Positions 36,973-46,310 of a stretch of 62,869 bases of DNA are shown one piece after another. This stretch comes from Candidatus Korobacteraceae bacterium (GTDB lineage: Bacteria > Acidobacteriota > Terriglobia > Terriglobales > Acidobacteriaceae), in assembly GCA_049798495.1 (NCBI GenBank), contig JBARGS010000165.1, positions 1-62,869 on the forward strand. Reading direction: 5' to 3'. Below the pieces are notes generated by a model. That model saw nothing but the letters and a program-made list of their open reading frames with translations, was not told where the DNA came from and ran no database searches. Every line of letters begins with the position of its first letter. Position 1 is the first letter of the stretch. Both the position numbers and the translations under genes were made by a program.

Positions 36973-37899
36973 ATGAGAAGTGGGACGGTGAGGAGAATCC
37001 CGCGATGCGTCGCAGCATTCATCGTAATTTGCTTTTTCGCTGCGGCGGCGCCGGCAAAAGAACAGGCGAGCAGCCCTACTCCACAGGCATCCGCAGCGCT
37101 ACCCGGGGCGGCGCCAGCCCAATATGTCGGCTCGGACACCTGCAAGATCTGCCATGCAGAACAATACAAGCAGATCGAAACGACGCAACACTGGAATACG
37201 AATCTGAAAGGCGCTCCTGGCCAGCAATGGCACGGTTGCGAGTCCTGCCATGGACCGGGATCGGCGCACGTCGAAGGGGGAGGCGACAAGACGAAGATTT
37301 TCGTCTTCCAGACTGCGACCCCAGCGCAGATCAGTCAGCGATGCCTCACCTGCCATAGCAACACACATCCGAATTTCCTGCGTTCCGATCACTTCAAGAA
37401 CGACGTGACCTGTACCTCTTGCCACTCGCCACATCAGGCGCAAGAGCAGAGCTTTTTGCTGAAGGCGAAAACACCTGAACTGTGCTACGGCTGCCACAAC
37501 GACGCGCGGGCGGACTTCAACCGTCCCTTCCACCACCGGGTTAACGAAGGCCTAATCCAGTGCAGCGATTGCCACGACGTACACAACAGCCGGCCCAAGC
37601 AGGCGAAACTGAATACGGCCCAGGATCAGATTTGCTTCAAATGCCACGCGGAGAAGCGCGGGCCGTTCACCTTTGAGCATCTGCCAGTCAAGACCGAAGG
37701 CTGCTCCTCCTGCCACACGCCGCATGGCTCCAACAACCAACGGCTCCTCCGGCGCACTGACGTCAACAATATGTGCATCGAGTGCCATGGCCTGTCAACC
37801 TTTGCCACCTTGCACAATCAGTCCACGAAATATCAGGCCTGCACCATGTGCCACGTGGCCATTCATGGCTCCAACTTCAGCAACATTTTCTTCAGGTAG
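36973..37899 (+). CDS. Periplasmic decaheme c-type cytochrome, MtrA/DmsE/PioA/MtoA family
   Basis: AGGAG RBS and signal peptide. Exactly ten CxxCH motifs (CKICH, CESCH, CLTCH, CTSCH, CYGCH, CSDCH, CFKCH, CSSCH, CIECH, CTMCH) in about 308 aa. Confidence 0.9.
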   Translation: MRSGTVRRIPRCVAAFIVICFFAAAAPAKEQASSPTPQASAALPGAAPAQYVGSDTCKICHAEQYKQIETTQHWNTNLKGAPGQQWHGCESCHGPGSAHVEGGGDKTKIFVFQTATPAQISQRCLTCHSNTHPNFLRSDHFKNDVTCTSCHSPHQAQEQSFLLKAKTPELCYGCHNDARADFNRPFHHRVNEGLIQCSDCHDVHNSRPKQAKLNTAQDQICFKCHAEKRGPFTFEHLPVKTEGCSSCHTPHGSNNQRLLRRTDVNNMCIECHGLSTFATLHNQSTKYQACTMCHVAIHGSNFSNIFFR

Positions 37900-37908
37900 G
37901 GGGCGAGG

Positions 37909-40374
37909 ATGAAAACCGATAACCAACAGCATCGCTTCCTCGGACCGACCTGGGGTAGCCGCCGCCACTCAGGGTTCCCCGGATCGCTGCTGTTTTCGGC
38001 GGCGCTCGCGACAGTGCTTTTTCCGGCCGCCCTCGGCGCGCAGCAGATGGGAGTCGATGTTACGGCCGGACAGCAGGAGGGCTCGGACTTAGGCAACTAT
38101 CACACGAACTTCAACGTCGAAGCGGGCTATCGCTTTACCGGCATCAATGGCAATCTCTCGGTCTATGACACGATGGTCGATCTGCAGAGTGGGCCACGCA
38201 TTCTTTCCGAAGACTTGAGCATGCGCGCCATCAATCACCAGGGCGTCATCTTCGACATGCTGAACTTGTCAGGCTTCGGCTATGGCGGCGATCCCAATAC
38301 TGCGACCCGGCTGCGCATGTCGAAGAACAAGTGGTACGACTTTTCCATGTCCATCCGCCACGACCTCAACTATTTCGACTATAACGTCTTGGCTAATCCG
38401 CTCAATCCGGTGAACCAGGTCGTAATCATCAATCAATCGCCGCACGCGATGGCCACCAGCCGCGCCATGCAGGACTACGATCTGGTGATCGCTCCTGAGT
38501 CGCGCCTGCGTTTCCGCGCCGGCTTTAATCGGGTGAACAATCAAGGGCCTTCCTTTACAACCTACCATGACGCGAACGATGTGCTGCTGTACCAGCCCTA
38601 CCAGATAACTAGTTACACCTACCGCTTTGGTGCTGACTATAAACTTTTCAAGCAAACTACTATCACCTTCGATCAAAGCTTTGACACCTTCAAGGGTAAT
38701 AACTACCAAGTCGACCAGGGCCAGGGATTCAACCTTTCCAACGGCTCGGCGGTGGACATAGGCTTGCCTTACAATCCGGCGGCGGGACTGCCGTGCAAGA
38801 CACCTTTCATCAACGGCTTCTACAACCCGGCGTGCAATGGAACCCTCAGCTACCTCAGCACCGGGCCGGTGCGAAGCTTTATCCCCACCGAACAGATTTC
38901 CATGCAATCACACAGTATTCATCGCCTGGATCTGTCCGCTCACTATGCGTACAGTAGCGGCTACAGCCAGGTGACCAACGATTTGGAACAATTCGCCGGT
39001 CTGGTGACCCGAACCAACCAGCTGCAGTTCACGACCAGTGGGCCGGAGAAAGCCAAACGTGTACTAGCCGACGGCGACTTCGGGGCGACATGGCATATAG
39101 CCGAGAAGTGGGCGCTTTCAGATACTTTTCGTTTCTGGAATTCGAAGGCTCCGGGAGACTTCGACAGCACAGGAACATCGTGCTTCCCCAATGGCGCGAC
39201 GTCATTGCTGTCGGGGATCGGAACTTTCAACACACCAGGTGTGCCCTCCATCTGTGCGGGCGGCAGCGGAATCCCCGTCCACAAGAGCGGGAATCCAGCC
39301 GACCTGGACCTTGTAAACTACTACCGCTACCAAAACTTGAACTTCAAATACAACACAGCAACCCTCGAATACACGATGAACTCTCACTTGGGCGGGTATG
39401 TTGGCTACATTTTTGGCTCGCGCCAAGCCCACACCAACGACAACGAAGGCGTTACCGATCAGGAAACCGCTTACTTCTATCCCAGCAATGCGCAGCGCGG
39501 CGCGCCTTGCACCGAGGTTTTGGCCGATGGAACTTGCGTTGTGATAACCCCGTTTTCGGACAGCCAGGATTATTACGACATCACAGACCAAACCGCTACT
39601 CTGGGCGTGTGGTACCGCCCTTCCAGTTCCCTGCGGCTCAACGCCAATGTGCAAATCATGACCGCGAATGGAGCCGGTGGGGTGCTCTTTACCCGCATCG
39701 AGCCGCGAAACCAGCAGCAATTTAATCTACGTGGCCGGTACACTCCAAACAAGTGGCTGGTTCTGTCTGCCAACCTGAACTGGCAGCAGACCCGCAATTT
39801 TGGCCCTGATACCGACGGAACCATCAAGGCGGACAATCGGGGCCGCGCCAGCTTCTTCGGCTTTGACCTTTCCATGACGCCGCGCGAGTACCTCGCTTTC
39901 GACCTTGGGTATAGCTATAACAACGTCTTCTCCAGTACCGATGTCTGCCTGAACCTCGGCACTCCGTCGCTGCCCGCCGATCCTTGTTACGCCGACAGCG
40001 GGGGATCCAATACCTTCGCCATTTGGCATTACAACAACACAGTGAACACCGCCTACTTCAACCTGATCCTGCGTCCGGCCCGGCGAGTGGCTCTGCAGGC
40101 CGGGTACAATCTGGTAGACAGTACGGGTGGCGATCCACTGTTCCTGCCGACCACCGTTGTGTATACAGTCGCGAATGTGTTGCAGCCGCTCGGCTCTTTA
40201 TCCTCGCTATATCATCGTCCCACGGCATCCGTTGCCTATGCCTTGGCAAAGGGATGGGAGGCCAAAGGTTATTGGGGTTATTATGATTACCACGAGCGCG
40301 GATATGCAGGACCGATTCTGCCACGTAACTACATGGCGAATACCGGAACCGTGTCCGTGAAGTACTCGTTCTAA
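37909..40374 (+). CDS. Large outer-membrane beta-barrel protein, MtrB/PioB-like partner of the decaheme cytochrome
   Basis: Starts 9 nt after the cytochrome stop. Signal peptide (LLFSAALATVLFPAALGAQQ). 821 aa rich in Y/N/G/T beta-strand alternation. Ends ...GTVSVKYSF with the terminal aromatic residue typical of OMPs. Confidence 0.75.
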   Translation: MKTDNQQHRFLGPTWGSRRHSGFPGSLLFSAALATVLFPAALGAQQMGVDVTAGQQEGSDLGNYHTNFNVEAGYRFTGINGNLSVYDTMVDLQSGPRILSEDLSMRAINHQGVIFDMLNLSGFGYGGDPNTATRLRMSKNKWYDFSMSIRHDLNYFDYNVLANPLNPVNQVVIINQSPHAMATSRAMQDYDLVIAPESRLRFRAGFNRVNNQGPSFTTYHDANDVLLYQPYQITSYTYRFGADYKLFKQTTITFDQSFDTFKGNNYQVDQGQGFNLSNGSAVDIGLPYNPAAGLPCKTPFINGFYNPACNGTLSYLSTGPVRSFIPTEQISMQSHSIHRLDLSAHYAYSSGYSQVTNDLEQFAGLVTRTNQLQFTTSGPEKAKRVLADGDFGATWHIAEKWALSDTFRFWNSKAPGDFDSTGTSCFPNGATSLLSGIGTFNTPGVPSICAGGSGIPVHKSGNPADLDLVNYYRYQNLNFKYNTATLEYTMNSHLGGYVGYIFGSRQAHTNDNEGVTDQETAYFYPSNAQRGAPCTEVLADGTCVVITPFSDSQDYYDITDQTATLGVWYRPSSSLRLNANVQIMTANGAGGVLFTRIEPRNQQQFNLRGRYTPNKWLVLSANLNWQQTRNFGPDTDGTIKADNRGRASFFGFDLSMTPREYLAFDLGYSYNNVFSSTDVCLNLGTPSLPADPCYADSGGSNTFAIWHYNNTVNTAYFNLILRPARRVALQAGYNLVDSTGGDPLFLPTTVVYTVANVLQPLGSLSSLYHRPTASVAYALAKGWEAKGYWGYYDYHERGYAGPILPRNYMANTGTVSVKYSF

Positions 40375-40397
40375 CCTCGCGAGGAGAAAGATAAGGC

Positions 40398-41141
40398 ATG
40401 GCGCAGCGCACTGCACTGATTACCGGAGGTATGGGTGGACTCGGTGAAACGATTAGCACGAAGATGCACGACGCTGGCTACCGCGTCGTCGTGACGCGTT
40501 CTCCGGGTAATAAGGACGCGGAGAGATGGCTCTCTAACATGGAAACGCGCGGGTATCAGTTCTCGGCATTTCCGGTCGATGTGGCCGATTATGATTCCTG
40601 CGAACGGGGCGTATCGCAGATTCAAGAGGAAGTCGGCCCGATCGATATCCTTGTCAACAACGCCGGCATCACGAAGGACCATACGTTCAAAAAGATGACC
40701 AAAGCCGACTGGGACGAGGTGGTCCACACCAACCTCGATTCGGTGTTCAACATGACCAAGCAAGTTTTCGACGGCATGGTAGTGCGAGGATGGGGTCGCA
40801 TCATCAACGTTTCATCGGTGAATGCCCAGAAGGGTGCATTCGGCCAGACGAATTACTCGGCGGCGAAGGCGGGCATGCACGGGTTCACCAAGGCTTTGGC
40901 ACTCGAGGTGGCAAAGAAGGGCGTCACCGTCAATACCATTTCACCCGGCTACATTGGAACAAAGATGGTGATGGCCATTCCAAAAGACATCCTCGACAGC
41001 AAAATCCTTCCCCAGATTCCACTCAATCGACTCGGCAGGCCGGACGAGGTCGCGGGTTTGATCATCTACCTGTGCTCGGACGAAGCAGCATTCGTCACTG
41101 GCGCCAACATTTCGATAAACGGTGGCCAGCACATGCAATGA
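40398..41141 (+). CDS. phbB: Acetoacetyl-CoA reductase (SDR)
   Basis: ALITGGMGGLG, NNAGITKD, SSVNAQKGAFGQTNYSAAKAGMHGFTKALALE and ISPGYIGT follow the PhbB/PhaB pattern closely. Confidence 0.85.
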   Translation: MAQRTALITGGMGGLGETISTKMHDAGYRVVVTRSPGNKDAERWLSNMETRGYQFSAFPVDVADYDSCERGVSQIQEEVGPIDILVNNAGITKDHTFKKMTKADWDEVVHTNLDSVFNMTKQVFDGMVVRGWGRIINVSSVNAQKGAFGQTNYSAAKAGMHGFTKALALEVAKKGVTVNTISPGYIGTKMVMAIPKDILDSKILPQIPLNRLGRPDEVAGLIIYLCSDEAAFVTGANISINGGQHMQ

Positions 41142-41336
41142 GAAATACGGCGCCCGCAGAGGCGGATGAACGGGTCGGGAGGCGAAAGAGCCGTCTTCGT
41201 GGGGATGCGGCCGCCTCCCGCGATTAGCTGTAAGAGTTCTGACAGCAAGACTTCCGGGTCCGCTCGCTCGCGAATTATTAAACTCTCCTCGCCATCAACC
41301 CATGACGAAGTAGGGCATCCCGAGGGTTTCAAAGCT

Positions 41337-44300
41337 CTACCGCTTGCTCACATCGATCATGTTGTCTTCTGGGATGCGATCGATCAGCTTGGTATAGGGG
41401 TCGATGCCGGCCCGGGTTGGCATCTGATCGACAACGATTTCGAAGGTCTGCTTTTCCTGCGTGATCTTTTCCTTATTCAGATACAGCGGCTTCTCATGGT
41501 CCTTGGCGCCCGTGAACACACCGATGTCGATGTAGTCGTTCAGCGGCATGGGAGACTCATTGCCGCTGCCGTCGGATTTCAGCTTGCGCGCCTGCACGGA
41601 TAGTACAACCTTGTATTTCTTGTCGGCAGTCGGAGTTACGGTAGCGGTCAGCGCTTTGTTGTCATACAACACGATCGATTCGAAGGCGTCGGTGATGTAG
41701 TACTGCAATTCCGGCGGCGTCTGCTCGCGCAGTGCCGCGACGAACTGCCGGGTGTCGGGATACGGCCCGCTGCGGGAGTCGGTCGCGTTGGCGTATCGAT
41801 ACTGCATCAGGAAGTTGTGCAGGGCAAGATTGAGCTTGTCTTCGCCGATGTAATCGGAGAGCGCATAGAGGACCAGCGATCCCTTCTGATACCAGACGTA
41901 GCCTTCGCGCTGAACCTGAGCGAGTGACGTCTCGCGGCGACTCTCGCCGGAACGGCCCCGCAGATAGCCGTCCAGCTCATGCTTCAGGAATTTGTGCATC
42001 TGATCGTCACCGTACTTCTTCTGCATGACGCGGAGCGCGGAATACTCGGCAAGCGACTCGGACATCATGTTGGAACCTTCGACGCGTCCGCCAATCAACT
42101 GATGTCCCCACCACTGGTGAGCGAGTTCGTGGGCGGTGACGAAGTAAGTGAAATCAATGTCGTCAGGTTTGACAACGCGAGTGATAAAGCCAAACTCCGC
42201 GTAAGGCACCGTGTTCGGAAATGACTGAGCGAAGCCACGGTAGCGGGGAAATTCCAGGATGCGAAACTGTCCGTACTGGAAGGGGCTGAAGTTCTTCTCG
42301 TAGTAGCCGAGGCCCGCCTTGGTAGCCGCGATCATATCGTCTACATCGTAGGGATGCGCGGGAGCTGCGTAGACTTCGATGTTGATATTGCCATTCGCTC
42401 CTGGATAGGTTTCGCGTTTTACGTTGTAGCGGGCGGAGACGTAGGCGTAGAAGTCAAGCGTCTTCACGTCTCCCATGTTGTATTCGTAATAGTGCCGCCC
42501 GTTCTGATGCCATTCTCTCTGCGGGTATCCTGGAGCCAGTGCAATCTGGTCATCCGCTGTACTCACCACCGTGCGATAGGAAATCCAGTCCGAGTCCTGG
42601 GTAAACAAATTGGTAACGCTGCCTACCGGGTCGCCGCGGTGTGGAAGTTCGGAGACGGGGCCAAGATGCTCGTCGCGGCGGCGGCGTGGATCTACCAGTT
42701 CCCCGCCGGCGTCGTAGCCAATAGAGGGAAAGTAGCTAACGTCGAAAAAGGTGCCGCTGTAGGCAAGCTCGGGGCGCTCGTTCCCGTCCTTGAAGCCGTG
42801 CGTCGCATAGCCGACGTTGAAGTTCATTTTCATCTTCTCGCCCGGCGCCATGGATTGGTCCAGCGCATAGATTGTGTAGAGCGCGCGCGGACTGGAAGAA
42901 ACAACATGGAACGGCCGGTCAAATTGCACGTTGGAAACCGACTGCTGCGAATTGACTACGTGTATCTGGGAGATGGGAACAGCAGTTTTGTTTTGCAGGA
43001 CGAAGTGACCGGTGCCGGAGAAGGAGCGTCGCTCGGGAAAGATGTCGATGGCGGCGTCGACGGCGATGATCTTCGGTTGGGGAATGCCTTCGTACTTCTT
43101 GAAGCTCTTCTCGTAGTCGGCCTGGATGTCGCGGCGCGCTTTGGCATTCAGATATTCGTTCAGGACGTGAGTGTTGTAGAAGTACCAGCTTCCGCTGCCG
43201 ATGGCGATGAGCACAAGCACGACTGCGGCGGGGACAAAGCGCGGGGCGCGTTGCCGGGCAAGACGAAGCCGGCTCCCCCAGGTATCTTCCGGACCGCGCA
43301 AGGCAAATACGATGGAGATAACGCCGAGCAGAGCGGCAATCGATAGCCAGTATGTAAGCGACCAGAAAAGCCCGGGGACGAAATGGCCGTAGCCATTCAT
43401 GTCCGAGTAGGTATACGGCGGCGTGTTACCAAAGAGATAAAGCGTATTCTCCCAGCCGAAGTTGAATAGGACGATGTTGAGAACGAAGATGCCGATTACC
43501 AGCCCATGCGCAATGAACTTATTGCTGAGCATCGTCTGCAAAAACAAAGCCAGCAACGCGAAGACGAGGACTCCGGGGAAGGTGATGAGATAGAGCTCCT
43601 TAAAATACTGGAGCAATTCGTAGTGATAGTAGCCGGCAATGGTTTGCATCAGCACGCCGCACAGCAGAACGACGGTGAGCAAAAAGAGTTCGACGAAAAC
43701 CAGGGCAGCGAGTTTCGAAAGCCAGTCGGTCGAGGCGCGCATGGGGAGCGCATCATGGATGCCGTCGAAATGCGTGTCCCGCTCCCGCCATATAAGTTCG
43801 CCGGCATAGAGGGTGGCGATGATCAGGAAGAAGAGCATCGCGCTGCCTTCCACGGCCTGGACCATCAGAAAGGTAACGGGATAGACATTCGTCTCGTCCA
43901 TGCGCCCGGCAAAGTGCCCGTTGATAATCGAAAACACAACCATGACGCCCAGGATGCACCAGAAAAGAAGTTCATGGAGGATGTTGGAGATGCGAAGCTG
44001 TGTCAGCGACACGAATTGGGCGGCGGTGGTTCGCGGCCCGAAGATCTGATGAATCGACGGCAATCGGACGGGGACCAGAGAGCGGATGGGGCGAGCTTCC
44101 TCGGAATCGCTCTCGCGGGCCTTGGCCGCGCGGCGCCCTTGCGAAACCGCAGTGAGTGCCTCCACAGACAACGGAAACAGCGCAAAGCCAGTGATCAGCG
44201 CGAGCGCCCCGACGCCCGCCCAGATCAGGCGGTTGTAAAGGAAGATGCCATTCCATGAAAGCAACAGCCGGTTCTTCTCCACGACTGTCCAATAGCGAGT

Positions 44301-44966
44301 GATGCTGTCGAAGAGACGCAGACCTGCGGGATCGAAAATCGCCGACCAGAAGTGCTCCAGGGATCGAGTCGCCTGAAAGACGGCGTTCGCGATCAGGTAA
44401 GCCATGAAGACAACGACGCCCTGCAGGTAAACAATGAAGAGCTTGCGGGTTAGACCAGCGACGCAGAAGAAGAGCGAACCGAGAAAAAATATCTGGATAA
44501 CCGTGAAGGACAGGAACGGCTGCAGGTACCACCAGAAATGACCGCTGGCGATGCGGGTGTGATCGGCCCAAGGCGCCAGGGTTCCCACTGCTTCCCCAAA
44601 GATCAGCCCGCTGAAGCACAAGACCGTAATGACGAAAGAGCCGGCCCAGCGACCGCCCAGATAGGCGAATTTTGTGACCGGTTTGGTGAAGATGATCTGA
44701 TAGGTGTCGCGCTGGAAATCGCGCAGGATCGATGTCCCGAAGATTGCAGCGATAACGATGATTCCGAACAGGGTAAAGAGAATGTAGAGGAGCGTCGTGG
44801 AAAACGGTCCGTTGAGCAGAACCTTGTCATTGCCGACATTGATAAAGTCTTCGGCCGCAATGCAGAGGAAGCTCAAGAAGAACCACAAAGCGAAGTAGAC
44901 GTAAGTTGAAATGCTCTTCAGCCGGAACTTCAGCTCGAACAAGAAGAATTCCCAGAACAATGCCAT
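41337..44966 (-). CDS. ABC-2-type permease fused to an M1-family (aminopeptidase N-like) metallopeptidase domain
   Basis: The N-terminal about 560 aa are polytopic. The C-terminal part carries HELAHQWWGH plus a downstream SESLAEY (HExxH-x18-E). Confidence 0.9.
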   Translation of the reverse strand: MALFWEFFLFELKFRLKSISTYVYFALWFFLSFLCIAAEDFINVGNDKVLLNGPFSTTLLYILFTLFGIIVIAAIFGTSILRDFQRDTYQIIFTKPVTKFAYLGGRWAGSFVITVLCFSGLIFGEAVGTLAPWADHTRIASGHFWWYLQPFLSFTVIQIFFLGSLFFCVAGLTRKLFIVYLQGVVVFMAYLIANAVFQATRSLEHFWSAIFDPAGLRLFDSITRYWTVVEKNRLLLSWNGIFLYNRLIWAGVGALALITGFALFPLSVEALTAVSQGRRAAKARESDSEEARPIRSLVPVRLPSIHQIFGPRTTAAQFVSLTQLRISNILHELLFWCILGVMVVFSIINGHFAGRMDETNVYPVTFLMVQAVEGSAMLFFLIIATLYAGELIWRERDTHFDGIHDALPMRASTDWLSKLAALVFVELFLLTVVLLCGVLMQTIAGYYHYELLQYFKELYLITFPGVLVFALLALFLQTMLSNKFIAHGLVIGIFVLNIVLFNFGWENTLYLFGNTPPYTYSDMNGYGHFVPGLFWSLTYWLSIAALLGVISIVFALRGPEDTWGSRLRLARQRAPRFVPAAVVLVLIAIGSGSWYFYNTHVLNEYLNAKARRDIQADYEKSFKKYEGIPQPKIIAVDAAIDIFPERRSFSGTGHFVLQNKTAVPISQIHVVNSQQSVSNVQFDRPFHVVSSSPRALYTIYALDQSMAPGEKMKMNFNVGYATHGFKDGNERPELAYSGTFFDVSYFPSIGYDAGGELVDPRRRRDEHLGPVSELPHRGDPVGSVTNLFTQDSDWISYRTVVSTADDQIALAPGYPQREWHQNGRHYYEYNMGDVKTLDFYAYVSARYNVKRETYPGANGNINIEVYAAPAHPYDVDDMIAATKAGLGYYEKNFSPFQYGQFRILEFPRYRGFAQSFPNTVPYAEFGFITRVVKPDDIDFTYFVTAHELAHQWWGHQLIGGRVEGSNMMSESLAEYSALRVMQKKYGDDQMHKFLKHELDGYLRGRSGESRRETSLAQVQREGYVWYQKGSLVLYALSDYIGEDKLNLALHNFLMQYRYANATDSRSGPYPDTRQFVAALREQTPPELQYYITDAFESIVLYDNKALTATVTPTADKKYKVVLSVQARKLKSDGSGNESPMPLNDYIDIGVFTGAKDHEKPLYLNKEKITQEKQTFEIVVDQMPTRAGIDPYTKLIDRIPEDNMIDVSKR

Positions 44967-44984
44967 CGGTCTCCCTTTCGAGAA

Positions 44985-45866
44985 TCAGTTTTTCGTCTGC
45001 TGGGCGAGGCTTAGGAAGTAAACATCTTCCAGGCCGGTCTCTACCGACCTAAAACCTTCGGCGGGCGAACTGTCGGAGTAGACGCGCACCTCGTTAAGGC
45101 CGCCAACGAGCTGGGTTGAGATCACCTGGAAAGATTTTTCCATCTCGCTCAGCTCGGCATCCGTAGCAACCACCTTGCTCCAGATACGTCCTTTCAGCGC
45201 ATCGAGAGCCTCGGCCGGCGATCCTTGCAGCAACACTTCCCCGTTACTAAGGATGGCCATGCGCGAGCAGAGTTCGCGAACATCCTCGACGATGTGGGTG
45301 GAGAGAATGACGGTCACATTGCTAGCGATTGAGCCCAGCAAGTTGAGGAAACGCTTACGTTCGGCAGGATCGAGTCCCGCGGTAGGCTCGTCGACGATGA
45401 TCAGCTTTGGATTGGCGAGAAGCGCCTGGGCGATGCCGAAACGCTGCTTCATGCCCCCGGAGTAAGTGCTGAGGGCTTTCTTGCGAACCTCCCACAGGTT
45501 GGTCTGCTTCAACAGCGCATCGACCATGTCTTTACGCTCGGAGCGGCTGGTGACACCTTTCAGCACCGCGAGATGTGTCAGCATATCCGCGGCTGAGAGT
45601 TTGGGATATACGCCAAACTCCTGCGGCAGATAGCCCAGCAACTTGCGTATCGCATCCTTCTCCTTCAGGACGTCGATATCGTCGAAGTAAACTGAGCCGC
45701 TGTCAGGATCCTGAAGGGTGGCGACAATGCGCATGAGCGTGGACTTGCCGGCGCCATTCGCTCCCAGCAGGCCGAACATGTTATTGCCGATGGTGAGTGA
45801 GAGGTTCTTGAGCGCCTTAACGCCGTTGGGATAGGTCTTCGATAGATCCGTAATCGTCAGTGCCAA
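44985..45866 (-). CDS. ABC transporter ATP-binding protein
   Basis: Walker A GANGAGKST, signature YSGGMKQR, Walker B LIIVDEPTAGLD. A TTG start at 45866 after AGGAGG is preferred over the long ORF to 45977. Confidence 0.9.
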   Translation of the reverse strand: MALTITDLSKTYPNGVKALKNLSLTIGNNMFGLLGANGAGKSTLMRIVATLQDPDSGSVYFDDIDVLKEKDAIRKLLGYLPQEFGVYPKLSAADMLTHLAVLKGVTSRSERKDMVDALLKQTNLWEVRKKALSTYSGGMKQRFGIAQALLANPKLIIVDEPTAGLDPAERKRFLNLLGSIASNVTVILSTHIVEDVRELCSRMAILSNGEVLLQGSPAEALDALKGRIWSKVVATDAELSEMEKSFQVISTQLVGGLNEVRVYSDSSPAEGFRSVETGLEDVYFLSLAQQTKN

Positions 45867-46310
45867 GCGGACAGCCTCCTGGTGCGTACTTAAAGCAGTT
45901 TCGGACCTATATCCGAGAAGAACGATCTTCACGATGGGCGTCGCGGCCAATCGCTCAGAACACAATTTGCAATTCACATCTCTGGAGCTTGGCCGAGAAC
46001 AAACCAGTGGCCGACGTTACCGTCGATATCATGAGCCGGCCAGAAACTTCCGAAACACCAGCCGGGGACTCGCCTGCCTGAGTGCAGGGGAGCTAGCACG
46101 CAGGCTGTGACACCACGATGTTCATGTCGAGAATGTAAAGAAGATTGCGTCAGCGGACGGGGCAAGTCAAGAGGATTCGGCTATAGTCGCCGTTGGCGAC
46201 CGCTAGTTCTGTCTATCGCTGGACGAGCCGGGAGATTATTATTCACGTCATCCATTGCGAGACGAATTTCCAGGGCGACAACAATCTGATTGGGGCGTTG
46301 GGAGCTGACC

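Noticed and set aside
38269-38907. 212-aa minus-strand ORF (and others) within the MtrB-like gene; likewise 29842-30498 within the adhesin and 46506-47186 within aceA
   Set aside because: They overlap strongly supported CDSs on the other strand and have no family resemblance.
41295-41335. Sequence GGGCATCCCGAGGGTTTCAAAG, weakly resembling (in reverse) the REP unit B at 1275-1306
   Set aside because: Only a short, gapped resemblance with no clean hairpin. It is not counted as a copy. The nearby CGGGAGGCG...CGCCTCCCG stem (41176-41220) has a 27-nt loop and no T tract, so it was not called a terminator.
42354-43346. 330-aa plus-strand ORF, plus a 250-aa ORF at 43506-44258, inside the permease-M1 peptidase gene
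   Set aside because: The opposite strand carries a continuous 1209-aa CDS with clear HExxH and ABC-2 features. These are shadow ORFs.
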